64,000 nt of DNA from Octopus vulgaris (GCA_951406725.2 OX597815.1:43338001-43402000), one strand, 5' to 3'. Shown: positions 13,476-28,746, counted from the stretch's first letter. A program made the numbers and translations. Notes: generated by a model not told the origin, from the sequence alone.

Positions 13476-13747
13476 TACACACACACACACATACACACAC
13501 ACATATATATATATATAACAAATAAGAAAATGGAGAAACACATTAGTTGGTTTATCAGCTTTATGATATTAGAATGTTGACTTATTAATTTATCAAAACG
13601 ATTTTCTTATCAAGTAAGTTTATTGCATTGCAATTAAAAACACTTGTGTATTAATAATTTGGATATTATACCAACAGTATATTGGATAAGTATTATCCCT
13701 TAGTGGGTTGGATCCACAACCCCTAACTTACTTGGTGTTATATATAT

Positions 13748-13800
<53 letters not shown>

Positions 13801-13815
13801 TGTATGTATGTATAT

Positions 13816-14845
13816 AGTAGTGGTCACTAGGGGCAAGATCAGGTGAGTATGGTGAATGATGGAGAACTTCCAGCTCCAATTCCTGTAGTTTCGCCAATAT
13901 CATTTTTGCGATGTGTGTTCTGGCGTTGTTTTGCTATAAAATAGGAATGGATTTGTTGACTAATCTAGGCTGTTCTTTTTTGTAAGTTTCCGCATCATTT
14001 AGTCCTGTTGGCTGTAGTTTACTTCGGCCGTGATTGATGAGCCAAGCTTAATGAAATCATAATGGATCACACCTGCGGCAGATCACCAAATGCACACCAT
14101 CAACTTCTTCTGATGAATTTTGCTTTTTGGACTGTGTTTTGGTGGCTCGTCTTTGTCCAACCATTGTGCTGAACGTTTACGGTTGTTGTATTGGATCCAT
14201 TTCTCATCACATGTTACAATTCGATTAAAAAATGATTCATTTTTGTGACAAGAAAGTAGCAAAATGCAGGCTTCCAAACGTTGCTGTTTCTGATTTTCAT
14301 TGAGTTCATGTGGAACCCACTTATCCAATTTTTCACTTTACCAATTCGAACCAGGTGAGTCAATATTGTTTGCTTGCTTACACCAAACAACAGTGAAAAT
14401 TCACGGGTACTTTGAGTTGGATCTGACTTGACGGTGACTTTCAGTTCGTCATTATCCACCTTTGTTTCTGGTCGACCGCGTCGCTCATCTGTGAGGTTAA
14501 AGTTACCAGAACAAGATTTTACAAACTAATTCGATACTGTCTGCTGTGTAATAACATTAAAATGAAATGCTCCATTAATATTCCAATGCTGTATTTCGAA
14601 GAAAGAACTCATATTTCAAAACTGTATGAATTTCCGACTTACCCGTCTTTAAACAAAAATAGCAAAAAACGATTTATAAATACTTTATGAAGCTCAAAAT
14701 GAGTTAGAATAAAGAAATAGATGTGTCAGCTTTCTAACAAAAAAAAAAAATAATAAAGATTGTCTAAATATAATAATGGCACAAAATAAGCAGCTGTCAA
14801 AGTTTGCCATATACTTTACTACAAATTTCATACTTGGCGACCTAA
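13816..14845 (-). mobile_element. Decayed mariner transposon, 3' end lost
   Basis: ORF fragments carry WVPHEL, IVTCDEKWI and HSPYSPDLAPSD. The TIR ends ...CTTGGCGACCTAA-TA at 14845. Confidence 0.88.
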
Positions 14846-14881
<36 letters not shown>

Positions 14882-15186
14882 TGTATGTATGTATGTATGT
14901 ATGTATGTATGTATGTATGTATGTATGTATGTATGTATGTATAAATGACGATTATAAAGAGAGCACTCCTCAACAGAATTTGCAACTATTCAACTGTTTT
15001 CTAATCATTACTTCTTTTACAAAAGCTACCGCCCCCAGAACGTGAGAATTATTACACATGATCTTATTTCATTTTGTGGATTTCATTCAGCAAAGTTTTG
15101 CTTATGTTATGGTTTCTTCTATTAAACTTCTTCTAAGCAATCAGCTTATCTGGCAAATCCTATATACAAAGACTTCATGACCTATG

Positions 15187-15224
<38 letters not shown>

Positions 15225-15290
15225 AACATTTATCTGTAAAATATACAATATAAAGGAGGAAAAAAGTGCATTCATGCATTCATTCATATA

Positions 15291-16513
15291 CAGGGTGTGA
15301 TGGGTAAATTGTTGCTATTACATATTTTTTTTATTTCGTACATGCTCATTGTTTCTTTTTGATTTTGTCAACTACACAATATAATAGGGTCAGCTGGGTA
15401 CCGTCTGTGAGAAAAGCAACACCATGACGCAATTCACTCTGCCAGAACATTGGAAACTATATGATGTACTGCTTGGCATTCGCACCGGAAGCTCCAATAT
15501 GAACATTCCAGGCTGTTTGGGTGTCAATCTGGGGACAATGCAGAGGATTCGGAAAGAGTTGGATGAGTCTAATGGTGATTACGAAGGCATGGCAGCTCGG
15601 AAAACTCACTCGTTATTTTGATAAGAACAGAACTCCTGAATTTGTTAGTGATATCTAGGCCATGATTGAAAACGATCTTTCTAAGTCAATCAGGGAGTCT
15701 CTTATCAGGCAGGTAGTGCATAAGGACATTCGGTATTCTTCATACATGATGATAAAATTTTTTATCCCAAGCCATCAAGAACAAGTGGAAAAACCGCGCT
15801 ACGAAGCTTTTGAACAAACTCAAGCATCCCTTCCAACCGATCATGCTTTGGTTTTTCTCGGACGAAAGATTTTCCGCCAGGATCAGATGGTGAACACAGA
15901 ACAACTGTTGGGTTGCTGTGTCCCCAAAACCGAGTGTGATAAAAATCGAGCATCTAGTCATCATGATGTTTGGAGTGATCACTAAAGATGGCGACGTTAT
16001 TATGCCTCCATTCATTTCCCACAGAGACCTACATCAAATGCCTGAAGGAGGTAGTGCTGCCCTGGATCAAGAGGGTGCTGCTGGAAGACCCTTTGTCTGG
16101 CAACAGGACTCTGCACCATACCACACAAGCAGGAAAACCCATTCATGGCTGTCAGGCAATTTATGCGATCACATCATCCCCTAACATCTGACCACCTAAC
16201 TCCCCAGACTCCAACCCCTTGATTATTATGTGTGGAGCGCAGTTGAACGAGAGACCAACAAAACAAACTGAAGGCAAGGATTATGCCAACACTCACCAAC
16301 TTAAACAAGGAGACCATCCAGAAGAGTTGCAGAAGATTCTGAAGTCGTCTGTAGGTCGTGGTAAAAGTCAATGGCGATTTTATTGAATAAACTAACTATT
16401 TAGTATTTCAAGATATTTTTATGTAATTTTGGTAAATATATCTGTTAAAAAGAGATGTCAGTGTTATTTTCATTTTTGCGTAATTTAGGCGACAGCTTAT
16501 TCACTGCACTCTG
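15291..16513 (+). mobile_element. Decayed maT/DD37D-like Tc1/mariner transposon
   Basis: TA-CAGGGTG... and ...CACTCTG-TA termini. Remnants WFFSDE, MMFGVI, WQQDSAPYH and PPNSPDSNPLDYYVW. Confidence 0.82.
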
Positions 16514-17405
16514 TACGTGTGTGTGTGTATGTATGTGTGTGAGTGTGTGTGTGTGTGTGTGTATATGTGCGTATGTATATATGCATGTATGCGTGTATAT
16601 GTATGTATGTGTATGCGCATGTATTCTCTGGAGAAAATGTGTATGTTATATTACTTGGTACTGACTGAAATGAAGAATGACCGAGAACATAGATAACACG
16701 TTTCAGGGTAAACATATCGTGTACTATTGCAGACATCGTCTAATCTACTTCACTTGCTTTAGGCATGGTGCCAAGTTATGAAACGAAGGTTACTATCTTG
16801 AACATATCATCTTCTTGAAACAATTTATTCTATGTCATTTAGTGCAGAATTTCGTAGATCATTGGTGAGCGTGAGAGTAAAGAGGAAAGAATAGCAAAAT
16901 CGAGAGGGAGGAATGGATGGAAAGCGAGAGAGGTGCAGAGAAGCAAAATTCAAATAATGTAGATTATGCATCTTGGTAGTTTACCAACTCCAATTACTGT
17001 TTTCATTGTTCTTGATGTTCTCGTTGTTTTTGTTGGAGTACGATGACAAATCTTTACATTTTTCAATCTTATTAGACCTCCTTGATGAAATAAAGTCTTT
17101 AGCAATATTTCTAAACACGTGCACCCTTTCATACATGTGTCTGAGTGTGTGTGTATGTGTGTGTGTTTATGTATGTATACGCATATACTATATATATGTA
17201 TGCATGTTCATGTACACGCACACACGCACGCGCGCGCGCACACACACACACATTTATCATGTACGGTTCTATTACTGGCGGGAGCGACAAAAATAGTACT
17301 TCCAGTAAAAGATAAATATCATAACGTAGGATTTAAATTCAAGCAACTAATAGTTTCATGCAGTGAAAACACGATGATCTGACAAGCTTGTACAGTGTTA
17401 ACATA

Positions 17406-17733
17406 GGCGTAGGAGTTGGTGTGAGGTAAGTAGCTTACTTACGAACCATATGGTTCCGGGTTCAGTTCCACTGCATGGTACGGAAACTGAAAGAAGCCCG
17501 TGTGTGTGTGTGTGTGTATTTGTGTGTCCGTGTTTGTCCCCCCCCAACATCGCTTAACAACCGATGCTGGTGTGTTTACGTCCCCGTAACTTAGCGGTTC
17601 GGCAAAAAGAGACCGCTAGAATAAGTACTAGGCTTACAAAGAATAAGTCCTAGGATCTATTTGCTCGACTAAAGGCGGTGCTCCAGCACGGCCACAGTCA
17701 CATGACTGAAACAAGTAAAAGAGTAAAAGAGTA
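17406..17733 (+). mobile_element. SINE family A (internal deletion)
   Basis: Head and tail are present, ending in GTAAAAGA repeats. A further 3' half lies at ~18340-18560. Confidence 0.85.
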
Positions 17734-18623
17734 AGCAATCATTCAAGCTCAAATGTACATACAATATGGCTGCTCTTTTTTGAAAAGCAATGAAAAATAA
17801 GAAAGGAAGCTGGTTTCGGACTAAAACGAGAAAGGGCGCTTGTTTTTAATAAAAAAAACACGAGAAAGAACGAGAGAAAGGTAAAAGTGAAAAGTGGAAT
17901 GAGAAAAAGAAAAAAGAATTGCGTCCTTTTGGCCCTTTCGAAGCATGACTAATATGGTTGGCGCACATTAATGCAATGGGGAGAAAGTTAAAGTTTGTGA
18001 GATAGCGTGCTTAATCCAGAGAGGCTGGTGTTTTCCAGTTCAATAAAAGAAATTTGTCCATATGCTTATATTTAATAAAAATTTAATGGGTTAGTAGAGC
18101 TCTTAGGTCAAAATGGATATGAAATCTTTCAGCTGAAAAAAAAAAGAAGCCTGGGTCTCTTTGATGGCAAGGATCGTTCCACGATATTTCATTTGGTAAT
18201 GTGTGGTGGGTAGTTGAATTTCAGATCCTGTAGCTGCCTTCATAACCACGAGTTGGAAAGAAGACTACCTGTTAGCGTAACTTTTCAAAAACTATCTTTA
18301 GCATATACAAATGTAATGTATCTTTTGAGTTTCTTTATGTCCGTGTTTTTGTGTCTGTGTTTGCCCCCAACCATCGCTTGACAACCGGTGTTGGTGTGTT
18401 TACGTCCCCGTAAGCTAGCGGTTCGGCAAAAGAGGCCGATACATTAAGCACTAGGTTTGAGAAATAAGCCCTGGGGTCGATTTGTTCCACTAAAACACTT
18501 CAAGGCGGTGCTCCAGCATGGCAGCAATCCGATGACTGAAGCAAGTAAAAATTAAGAGAAAAGAATATATATATAACAGGATATGTGTATGTATATATAT
18601 ACATACATACATACATACATACA

Positions 18624-18702
<79 letters not shown>

Positions 18703-19489
18703 CGGGAACGTGAGACTCTGAGTAGCAGTATTTTTGTGATATTTCGTGATGTTTTTACAGCTTTAGTACTAAAGCATATTACTCTACCTCCGGTATTCGA
18801 GTACTAGTTATGTGCTTACTCCTGGTATATATATATATATATATATATCATTATATATACACACACAAAGTTGCAGTTCCGCCACGAATAGGAAGTATCT
18901 TATAGCTCATTAAGCACCAAAACTAACTAGGCTATGTATACATTCAGAAATATCAAAATATTCTCAGTCAATCAATCAAGTGATACTAATGAAATTGTAT
19001 GTGAAACGGATTTTACCTCCAGCAGATCAAACATTGAAATACTGCATAAAAAAAAACAAATCCTAAGTGTAACTGAAGAAACTTTCAAATAGATTGCTTT
19101 TTTAAATATTTTCATTTTTTTTCCATTTCGCCTTGTTATTGAAAAGAGTTAATGTAGCAAAATTTTCAAAATACATATGGTAATTGAAAGAGGGATTAAT
19201 TATTATATGACGCAGAAGAATCTTGTGGAATGTGATCTGTGTACTGCAGAAAAAAGTCATATTCATAAAGCACTTTAGAGTTTTAGTAATAGTAATCTCC
19301 TTGAAAAAAAAAAGAGCGTAATTATCACAAAATATAGACACTTTCGTAAGGATTGATTGAAAGACTGATATTCATGATCTCCACAAAACTACGCTTAGCT
19401 TATCTCTCCATACAGCTTAACGAATACCGTTTCATTATTGACATCTCCGAACCTTCGATATGCATAGAGCTATCATTTTCTCTATGTGC

Positions 19490-19565
<76 letters not shown>

Positions 19566-19659
19566 CGTATGTGTTATGTGTGTAGTATATATATGCATAT
19601 ATATATGTATATATGTGTGTATATATATATATATGTGTGTGTGCTCTATACACACACGA

Positions 19660-19695
<36 letters not shown>

Positions 19696-20129
19696 CGCTC
19701 ATGCATAATGATACTAATATCCAGATGTTAGAATTCAATATACATATGCTTAAAAATGTGTTAATCGAGTACAAAGTAAGATATGAGATATTATAAATGA
19801 GAAGGGAACAAGAAATTATTGGGTTTTCGGGCTTATTTGGCAATATTTTGTGTCGCCTTTTTTTCGGGAACATCTTGTATTAAAGAACAGTCAATGGCGT
19901 TGGAGCGCATAAAGATTAAATGTGTAGTTGGGAAAAGCGTAGCTAAAATGGGGGAACCGGAAGCCATCTGAATATTGGAAAAAATTACCTGTAGCATGAT
20001 GGTTCACGCTGGGAGTCAAAACGCTGACATGACGACTACTCAATACTCTGCGAACACTAAAAAATTTCAGACATGACATAGACAACCGCAACGGAGACTA
20101 CAAGGACTTAGCCAGCAGGAAGGGACACA

Positions 20130-20276
20130 AATCACAAATGAAGGTGACGTCATGCCACTCCGCTTCTCTGAACAGCTGCTGAAGATTGGACAAACCCTGG
20201 CTGGAGAGTGTCGCTGCTGGAAAATCATGTCATCAGGCTCCATACCATACCTCTAGAAAGTTTCATAAGTGGTTGT
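20130..20276 (+). mobile_element. Small fragment of a maT-like transposase
   Basis: ITNEGDVMP, KPWLESVAAG and QAPYHTSRKFHKWL resemble the element at 15291-16513. Confidence 0.5.
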
Positions 20277-20439
20277 TGGTAGCTTTCTTATTTCTTTACT
20301 GCCCACAAGGGGCTACACACAAAGGGGACAAACAAGGACAGACAAACGGATTAAGTCGATTATAACGACCTCCGTACGTAACTGGTACTTATTTAATTGA
20401 CCCCGAAAGGATGAAAGACAAATATGGACCACAAAACAA

Positions 20440-20771
20440 TAAACATTTTCAAGGATCAGTAATATACAGGCATTTAGTCGACTCTATGCCCAGAAAACTT
20501 AATGCAGTCATTGAAAGCAAGGGCGGACACAAAAAATATTGAATATAGCAGATAATCCTTTAGGGTGTACATATTTTTGTATCGATTGAAAATTAATATT
20601 TCGTTCATATCTTTGAAAATGTTTATTGTTTTGTGATCAACATTTATATAATGTTTGCATGTATAATATATTTTATTCAGTATAAATTTCGTTTGATTTC
20701 CTTCAATATTATCAGAGTAATGGCAATTTTACTGAAATTATTTTAGGGGTGTACATACTTGAGTGAGATTT

Positions 20772-20773
<2 letters not shown>
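20440..20773 (+). mobile_element. 3' end of a Tc1-like transposon
   Basis: LVDSMPRKLNAVIESKGGHKKY* (20474-20542). The repeated GGGTGTACATA motif (~20562, ~20747) fits an IR/DR terminus. Confidence 0.7.
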
Positions 20774-20845
<72 letters not shown>

Positions 20846-20857
20846 TGTATGTATGTA

Positions 20858-21225
20858 TATACGAGCAAAACGCCCCCCGTCCAACGGACGGTGCTGAGTT
20901 GTCAAACATTTAAACCAAATTTTCTTAAAACAACTTGTCCGACCGTCCCATTTTGTGGTGTTATTTCAAGCTGTACGTGCATTTTTCTCGCGTACGCGTA
21001 GTATCAATCGCAACAGCTGATGTACTTGCGCGTACAAATGCACATCTCCACGGCTTTATCGATCGCATTCTCACCTGGAATCGATTTTTGTAATTTTTCA
21101 AGACTTATACATGCCCTGATACCGTCGGTATCTACATATCAAATTTGAGCGCAATCGGATGGAGGGTGCCCGAGATCCGAGAAGACACGCACACAGACAG
21201 ACAGAACGATTTTATATAATGGATA
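20858..21225 (+). mobile_element. Helentron-associated (HINE/DINE-1-like) non-autonomous element
   Basis: 5' CCGTCC-aac-GGACGG hairpin, an AAATTTGAGCGCAATCGG motif, (CAGA)n and a TTTTATATAATGGAT end. Confidence 0.5.
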
Positions 21226-21259
21226 TACCTATACCCACGCACACACACACACATATATA

Positions 21260-21670
21260 CTCTTTACTCTTTTACTCTTTTACTTGTTTCAGTCATTTGA
21301 CTGCGGCCATGCTGGAGCACCACCTTTAATCGAGCAACTCGACCCCGGGACTTATTCTTTGTAAGCCCAGTACTTATTCTATCGGTCTCTTTTTGCCGAA
21401 CCGCTAAGTGACGGGGCCATAAACACACCAGCATCGGTTGTCAAGCAATGCTAGGGGGACAAACACAGACACACAAACACACACACATACATATATATAC
21501 ATATATACGACGGATTTCTTTCAGTTTCCGTCTACCAAATCCACTCACAAGGCTTTGGTCGGCTCGAGGCTATAGCAGAAGACACTTGCCCAAGGTACCA
21601 CGCAGTGGGACTGAACCCGGAACCATGTGGTTTGTAAACAAGCTACTTACCACACAGCCACTCCTGCGCC
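21260..21670 (-). mobile_element. SINE family A, full length
   Basis: Complete reverse-complement copy. A diverged + copy follows at ~21851-22160. Confidence 0.88.
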
Positions 21671-21674
21671 TATA

Positions 21675-21710
<36 letters not shown>

Positions 21711-21728
21711 TGTATGTATGTATGTATG

Positions 21729-21845
<117 letters not shown>

Positions 21846-22172
21846 AGCAGAGGCGCTGCTGTGTAGTAAGAAGCTTACTCCTTAACCACATGGGGCCGAC
21901 CAAAACCTTGGTAGATAGAAACCGAAAGGAGCCCGTCGCATATAGTTGTGTATCTCTATGTGTGTGTCGTTGTGTCTGTAATTGTCCCACCCGCTTGTCA
22001 ACTTGTGTTGGTGTATTTAAGTCCCCGTATCTTAGCGGGCAGGCAAAAATGACCGGTAGAATATGTCCCAGCTTTAACAGAAATAAGTACCTGCGTCGAT
22101 TCGTTCGACTAAAAATTCTGTGGCCGCATTGTAATGATTGAAACGAGTAAAAGATAATAAAAGATATATAAG

Positions 22173-22219
<47 letters not shown>

Positions 22220-22299
22220 CGTGTGTGTGCGTGTGAGTGTGTGTGTGTGTGTGAGTGTGTGTGTGTGTACGTGTGTGTAGATAATCATGTAAGCCATGT

Positions 22300-22467
22300 A
22301 TGTCGCAGCATAACGGTGTGCCACGAGAGGATGCTAGGTGTGCCGCAGTGTAACCTGAATATAAATTTTTTCCTTATACTTTTAGTTACGGTTTTAGTTC
22401 AGGTGCGCCGCCGAATTTTGAAAAGACTATAAGAGTACCGCAAGTAAAAAAGGTTGCGGAGCATAGA
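22300..22467. mobile_element. Decayed hAT-type MITE
   Basis: Repeated GGTGTGCC motifs and an AAAAAGGTTG terminus. Confidence 0.45.
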
Positions 22468-22666
22468 CGTAAACCGAAACAACCCGTTCATACTCGGCCG
22501 ACAGCGAGAGAACAACTAAACTAACAATAAGAATACATTCCAAAAAACTTGTTAGAGAGGAGACTGAGTTTTGGGCACTACGGGATGATAAACAATACTA
22601 GTCGACGTACAGATGAACTGAAGAGAACCAAGGCCATCCTGTGATATGGTATATTTATGTCCGTAT

Positions 22667-23084
22667 AAAGGCGGCGAGCTGGCAGAAATGTTAGCACACC
22701 GGGCGAAATGCGTAGCTGTATTTCGTCTGCCGCTACGTTCTGAGTTCAAATTCCGCCGAGGTCGACTTTGTCTTTCATCTTTTCGGGGTCGATAAATTAA
22801 GCACCAGTTACGCACTGGGGTCGATATAATCGACTTAATCCGTTTGTCTATCCTTGTTTGTCTTCTCTGTGTTTAGCCCCTTGTGGGTAGTAAAGAAATA
22901 GGTATTTCGCCTGCCGCTACGTTCTGAGTTCAAATTCCGCCGAAGTCGACTTTGCCTTTCATGCTTTCGAGGTCGATAAATTAAGTACCAGTTACGCACT
23001 GGCGTCGATATAATCGACTTAATCCGTTTGTCTGTCCTTGTTTGTCCCCTCTGTGTTTAGCCCCTTGTAGGTAGTAAAGAAATC
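22667..23084 (+). mobile_element. SINE family B, double-core form with 19-bp TSD
   Basis: TSD GGTATATTTATGTCCGTAT at 22648-22666 and 23085-23103. Confidence 0.9.
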
Positions 23085-23267
23085 GGTATATTTATGTCCG
23101 TATGTATTCACTCACTTGGTTACATAAATTCTGTGAGAGGGATACACTTATCTGAAATATGCAGTATTTACAATCCCTGGCCTTCTTACCTCATTTAGTT
23201 TGTTTCCAGGTTGCATGACGCAGAAACTGTTGTCATAGTTAATATGCACCTACTTTTTTGCGCTTTT

Positions 23268-23546
23268 TTATTTATACACGCGCAAATTGCGATTCGCGTG
23301 TCTCTTCACACTATAAGCAGACGGCGGGCCTTTGGTCCCAGCAGGCGGAGTGACCGCGTGTCTGCAGCATTGAAATACCGCCACTTCTTTAATGTTCTTG
23401 CTCCGTAAGGGCACGGAAGGTGTAGTATAGGCGGGAGCAGTCGCGATTTTCCAGCCTAGTCCCCAGCAGTTGTATTCTTCGGTAAAAGCGTCGAGTGTGA
23501 TGAGGAGGCAGAGTCTTGGACTTCGATATTGTTGTGCTTTCAACAT
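23268..23546 (-). pseudogene. Possible decayed gag-like ORF1 (zinc knuckle) of an I/Jockey-type LINE
   Basis: GC-rich island. Across a frameshift it reads FQCCR / GHSACWDQRPAVCL*CEET. Confidence 0.3.
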
Positions 23547-23625
23547 GGAAACTCAAGCTAAGAGAATACTAAATTTGTAATTTTAGCGCAAACGCTATCA
23601 AACACACACACACATTTATATTTAA

Positions 23626-23699
<74 letters not shown>

Positions 23700-23700
23700 G

Positions 23701-23750
<50 letters not shown>

Positions 23751-23763
23751 ATATATAATATAT

Positions 23764-23846
<83 letters not shown>

Positions 23847-23850
23847 ATAT

Positions 23851-24110
23851 CAGGAGTGGCTGTGTGGTAAGTAGCTTGCTAAACAACCACATGGTTCCGG
23901 GTTCAGTCCACTGCGTGGCATCTTGGGCAAGTGTCTTCTGCTATAGCCTCGGGCCGACCAATGCCTTGTGAGTGGATTTGGTAGACAGAAACTGATAGAA
24001 GCCTGTCGTATATATGTATATATATATATGTATGTGTGTGTGTTTGTGTCTGTGTTTGTCCCCCTAGCATTGCTTGACAACCGATGCTGGTGTGTTTACG
24101 TCCCCGTTAC
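23851..24110 (+). mobile_element. SINE family A, 3'-truncated
   Basis: Head plus body. Confidence 0.85.
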
Positions 24111-24623
24111 TTTACACACGTGTACGTGCAGTTTAATGCATAATTGTATTTTATAATCATATATTAGCATACTTTATATACAAATATACTTAGCTGTAAA
24201 TACACAATTATATAGTTTTTATTTGCATATACATACATACGCGCGCCACACACACATACTCAGACATTCATACATACATACATACATACATACATACATA
24301 CATACATACATACATACATACATACATACATACATACATACATACATACATACATGTACACATAATTACTTATATGTGTTAGTGATTACATAGCACAGTA
24401 AATAGCAGGATTGTTAGGGTCGTAGACGAAATGCGGAATTTATTCCAATACATTACACACTGCATTCAAATTCCGTTGACAACAGCTATCTGTTTCCTAA
24501 TTCCAGGGTCGATAACTAAAAAATAGAGATACCCGTACAATTTTCAGTTGGATGACGAGCTAGATTAGCACAAGGCTGTCCGACGTCCCTTTCAATCTCT
24601 CTCCAGCAACTGGAGTCTCCATT

Positions 24624-25006
24624 GTGGAAGCACTCCGTCGGTCACGACGATGAGGGTTCCGGTTGATCCGACCAACGGAACAGCCTGCTCGTGAAATTAA
24701 CGTGTAAGTGGCTGAGCACTCCACAGACATGTGTACCCTTAACGTAGTTCTCGGGGATATTCAGCGTGACACAGAGAGTGACAAGGCCGGCCCTTTGAAA
24801 TACAGGTACAACAGAAACAGGAAGAAAGAGTGAGAGAAAGTTGTGGTGAAAGAGTACAGTAGGGATCACCACCATCCCCTGCCGGAGCCTCGTGGAGTTT
24901 TAGGTGTTTTCGTTCAATAAACACTCACAACGCCCGGTCTGGGAATCGAAACCGCGATCCTACGACCGCGAGTCCGCTGCCCTAACCACTGGGCCATTGC
25001 GCCTCC
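24624..25006 (-). mobile_element. tRNA-derived SINE family D
   Basis: Head GGAGGCGCAATGGCCCAGTGGTTAGGGC..GGTTTCGATTCCC. 12-bp TSD GGAGTCTCCATT (24612-24623, 25007-25018). Confidence 0.88.
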
Positions 25007-25322
25007 GGAGTCTCCATTAGAACTTGCCCTAACTTTGAAACTCTCGTTGTGGGAAATAGTGGTCTAAAACACGAATTTTCCCCATATTAGCGATATACAA
25101 AGACCACTCCTATGGCACATCGCCGGGCTGTACTTACGCAGGCATGGCATGTCCAAAAGCATAACATTTCAAGTACAGATCCTTGCTCTCAAGGGACATA
25201 CTGTTGATAACGATGGTTGCGTAAATATTTCCTTCTCTCCCTCATTATAGTGGCGTACAAATATATACATATGTACAAACAGGCATTCGTGCGTGCGTAT
25301 ATGCGTGTATATACATACAAAC

Positions 25323-25419
<97 letters not shown>

Positions 25420-25458
25420 CGTACACATACACACGCACACACATATATATATACACAT

Positions 25459-25497
<39 letters not shown>

Positions 25498-25721
25498 CAC
25501 GCACACACACACATAAATAAAAGTTATGTAGGTTGGCATAGTTTATACACAGAGGCACGCACGCACACATACACACACACGCACACACACACACACACGC
25601 ACACACGTGTATTTATGTATATGTGTGCATGTATAAGTGTGTATGTATACATTAAGTGAGAGGGAAGTGAAAGGGGGAGAAACAGAGAGGAGATGTAGTG
25701 ATAGCTAGCTAGTTAACTAGT

Positions 25722-25994
<273 letters not shown>

Positions 25995-26089
25995 TCAGAA
26001 AAAAACAAACATTTGATTACAACTACAGAAGGGAAAAAAAGCAATACCAAATACCACGGCGTGAGTACAAATATATAAATATACATATG

Positions 26090-26131
<42 letters not shown>

Positions 26132-26134
<3 letters not shown>

Positions 26135-26385
26135 TTGCTATTATGTTAAACTGTCGTATGTTCAAATTTGGCCTATTGCGTTTTTTTTTTTGTTTTTTTT
26201 GTTTTTTGCTTGCAATAACCGGTTCTGTTGGTCAAACAATCGTATCTCCAGCTGCCTCAGATGCCAAGATAACCAAAAAGGGGTCAAAGTATAGTAAAAC
26301 GGTTTTGCTATGGAATGGTAAAACTATTTTTCGTTTTCTGAAAAAGCAACGTTTTGAACTTACGACTATCTTACACAATAGCAAC

Positions 26386-26387
<2 letters not shown>
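26132..26387. mobile_element. 256 bp element with ~35 bp imperfect terminal inverted repeats in (TA)n (MITE or decayed inverted PLE ends)
   Basis: TCGTTGCTATTATGTTAAACTGTCGTATGTTCAAA versus TTTGAACTTACGACTATCTTACACAATAGCAACGA. Confidence 0.65.
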
Positions 26388-26427
<40 letters not shown>

Positions 26428-26522
26428 ACACACATATCACAACTATGTATGTATTTATATATGTATATAATATATGTATAAATATATATATATACATACA
26501 TACAAACATACATACACACAGA

Positions 26523-26560
<38 letters not shown>

Positions 26561-27329
26561 CGTGTGTGTGTATATATATTTATGTACATACATATATCTA
26601 TATATTATACTTGCATATATATGCATATATATATATAGATACATATACACACATATATGCATATGTATGTATGTATGTATGTATGTATGCATGCATGCAT
26701 TTATGTATGTATGTATGCATGTATGTATGTATGTATGTATGTATGTATGTATGTATGTATGTATGCATGCATGCATTTATGTATGTATGTATGCATGTAT
26801 GTATGTATGTATGTATGTATGTATGTATGTACGTACGTATGTATGTATGTATGTACACATACACTCTCTCACGCAGACACACACACGCACACGCTATCTT
26901 TTCTTTTTATCTCTGTATGTACGTGTATGTGTATAGGTTTACGTGTGAGCTTGTCGAATGGTGTGTGTGTGTCTGTTTTTCGTGTGTGCCTGTGTTACTT
27001 TATTATTTCTTAACATTCCACCTACAGCCAGACACAAACAAACATGATATTTTCCATGAAATTTCAAACTAAACACGGTTGATCACATTTTTTTTACGGG
27101 GGAAGAGATATTTTCTCACTCCACTCCCCTGATATAATAATGTGTATTTCATTTTGCTTCATGTGTGTGATTATGAAAAGTGTTGTCTCTGTTTCCGCGT
27201 ATATGCTTGTAAATGTATATAAACGTGTGTGTATGTGTACAAGAAAACTCGCACACACGCACATATATATAGATATATATATATACAAATACATAGATAT
27301 ATACAAACGTACACACATCGACATATAAA

Positions 27330-27362
<33 letters not shown>

Positions 27363-27581
27363 TGGCCTGCTCGCTTAGCCAGCGGGGTGGCGTCATTCGA
27401 ACGGTAAAACAATGCGAACGCATTGTGACCAGCGATGTGTAACAACATCTGATGGTCTGGTCGGTCACGTGATGATATATATATATATATATATGTAGAT
27501 AGATACACATATACACACATATACATGCATACTTTATACATATATATATAAATATATATATATGTATATTTATATATATAT

Positions 27582-27657
<76 letters not shown>

Positions 27658-27682
27658 TTATATGTATATACATAGAGAGACT

Positions 27683-27761
<79 letters not shown>

Positions 27762-28047
27762 TGATAGGTAGATTGATAGATAGACAGATAGACAGATATA
27801 CATAATAATGCATCCTGTTTGGACGTATGTATGTATGTGTGTATGTATGTATAGTTAAGCACCATGACTACATACGCATTGTGTTCCACACTATCGTTTC
27901 CGCATTACTAAGCAAATGTATATACAAGTGCACAAACATTCACACCTATTATCGTATAGTACGAGAGTGAGCGTGTGTGTGTGTGTTTGTGTGTGTGTGT
28001 GTATGTGTCTGAGTGTGTTTGTGTATGTGAGTGTGTATTTATGTGTG

Positions 28048-28080
<33 letters not shown>

Positions 28081-28141
28081 ACATACATAGATAGATTAGT
28101 GTGTGTGTGCTGCTTATATATGTATGTATGTATATATACAT

Positions 28142-28204
<63 letters not shown>

Positions 28205-28435
28205 CGGTACTCCAACATGGCCGCAGTCAAATGACTGAAAGAAATAAAAGAATAAAAGACTATACGCAAATGTGGAACAATGAAAAGGGGTTCTCAACAC
28301 TGTATTAGTGGATACACACATACATGCCTATAGATATATGTATATGTCCACGCAAATATATTTATGTATATGTATGCATATATATATTGATATATATATA
28401 TATATATATAATACATGTATACATACATATACATT

Positions 28436-28478
<43 letters not shown>

Positions 28479-28632
28479 AACATGTTTATGTCCACGAACA
28501 CACTCAGACACAGAGTCACATATATTTATGTGTGTGTATACATATTCATATATGAGTATAATATATATATATATATATACATATAAATATATATGTATAT
28601 AAACACATGTATATATATATGCATAATATATG

Positions 28633-28698
<66 letters not shown>

Positions 28699-28746
28699 TT
28701 CGTTGATGAGATTTTCGTCCCATATATATGTGGGTGTGTATGTGCG

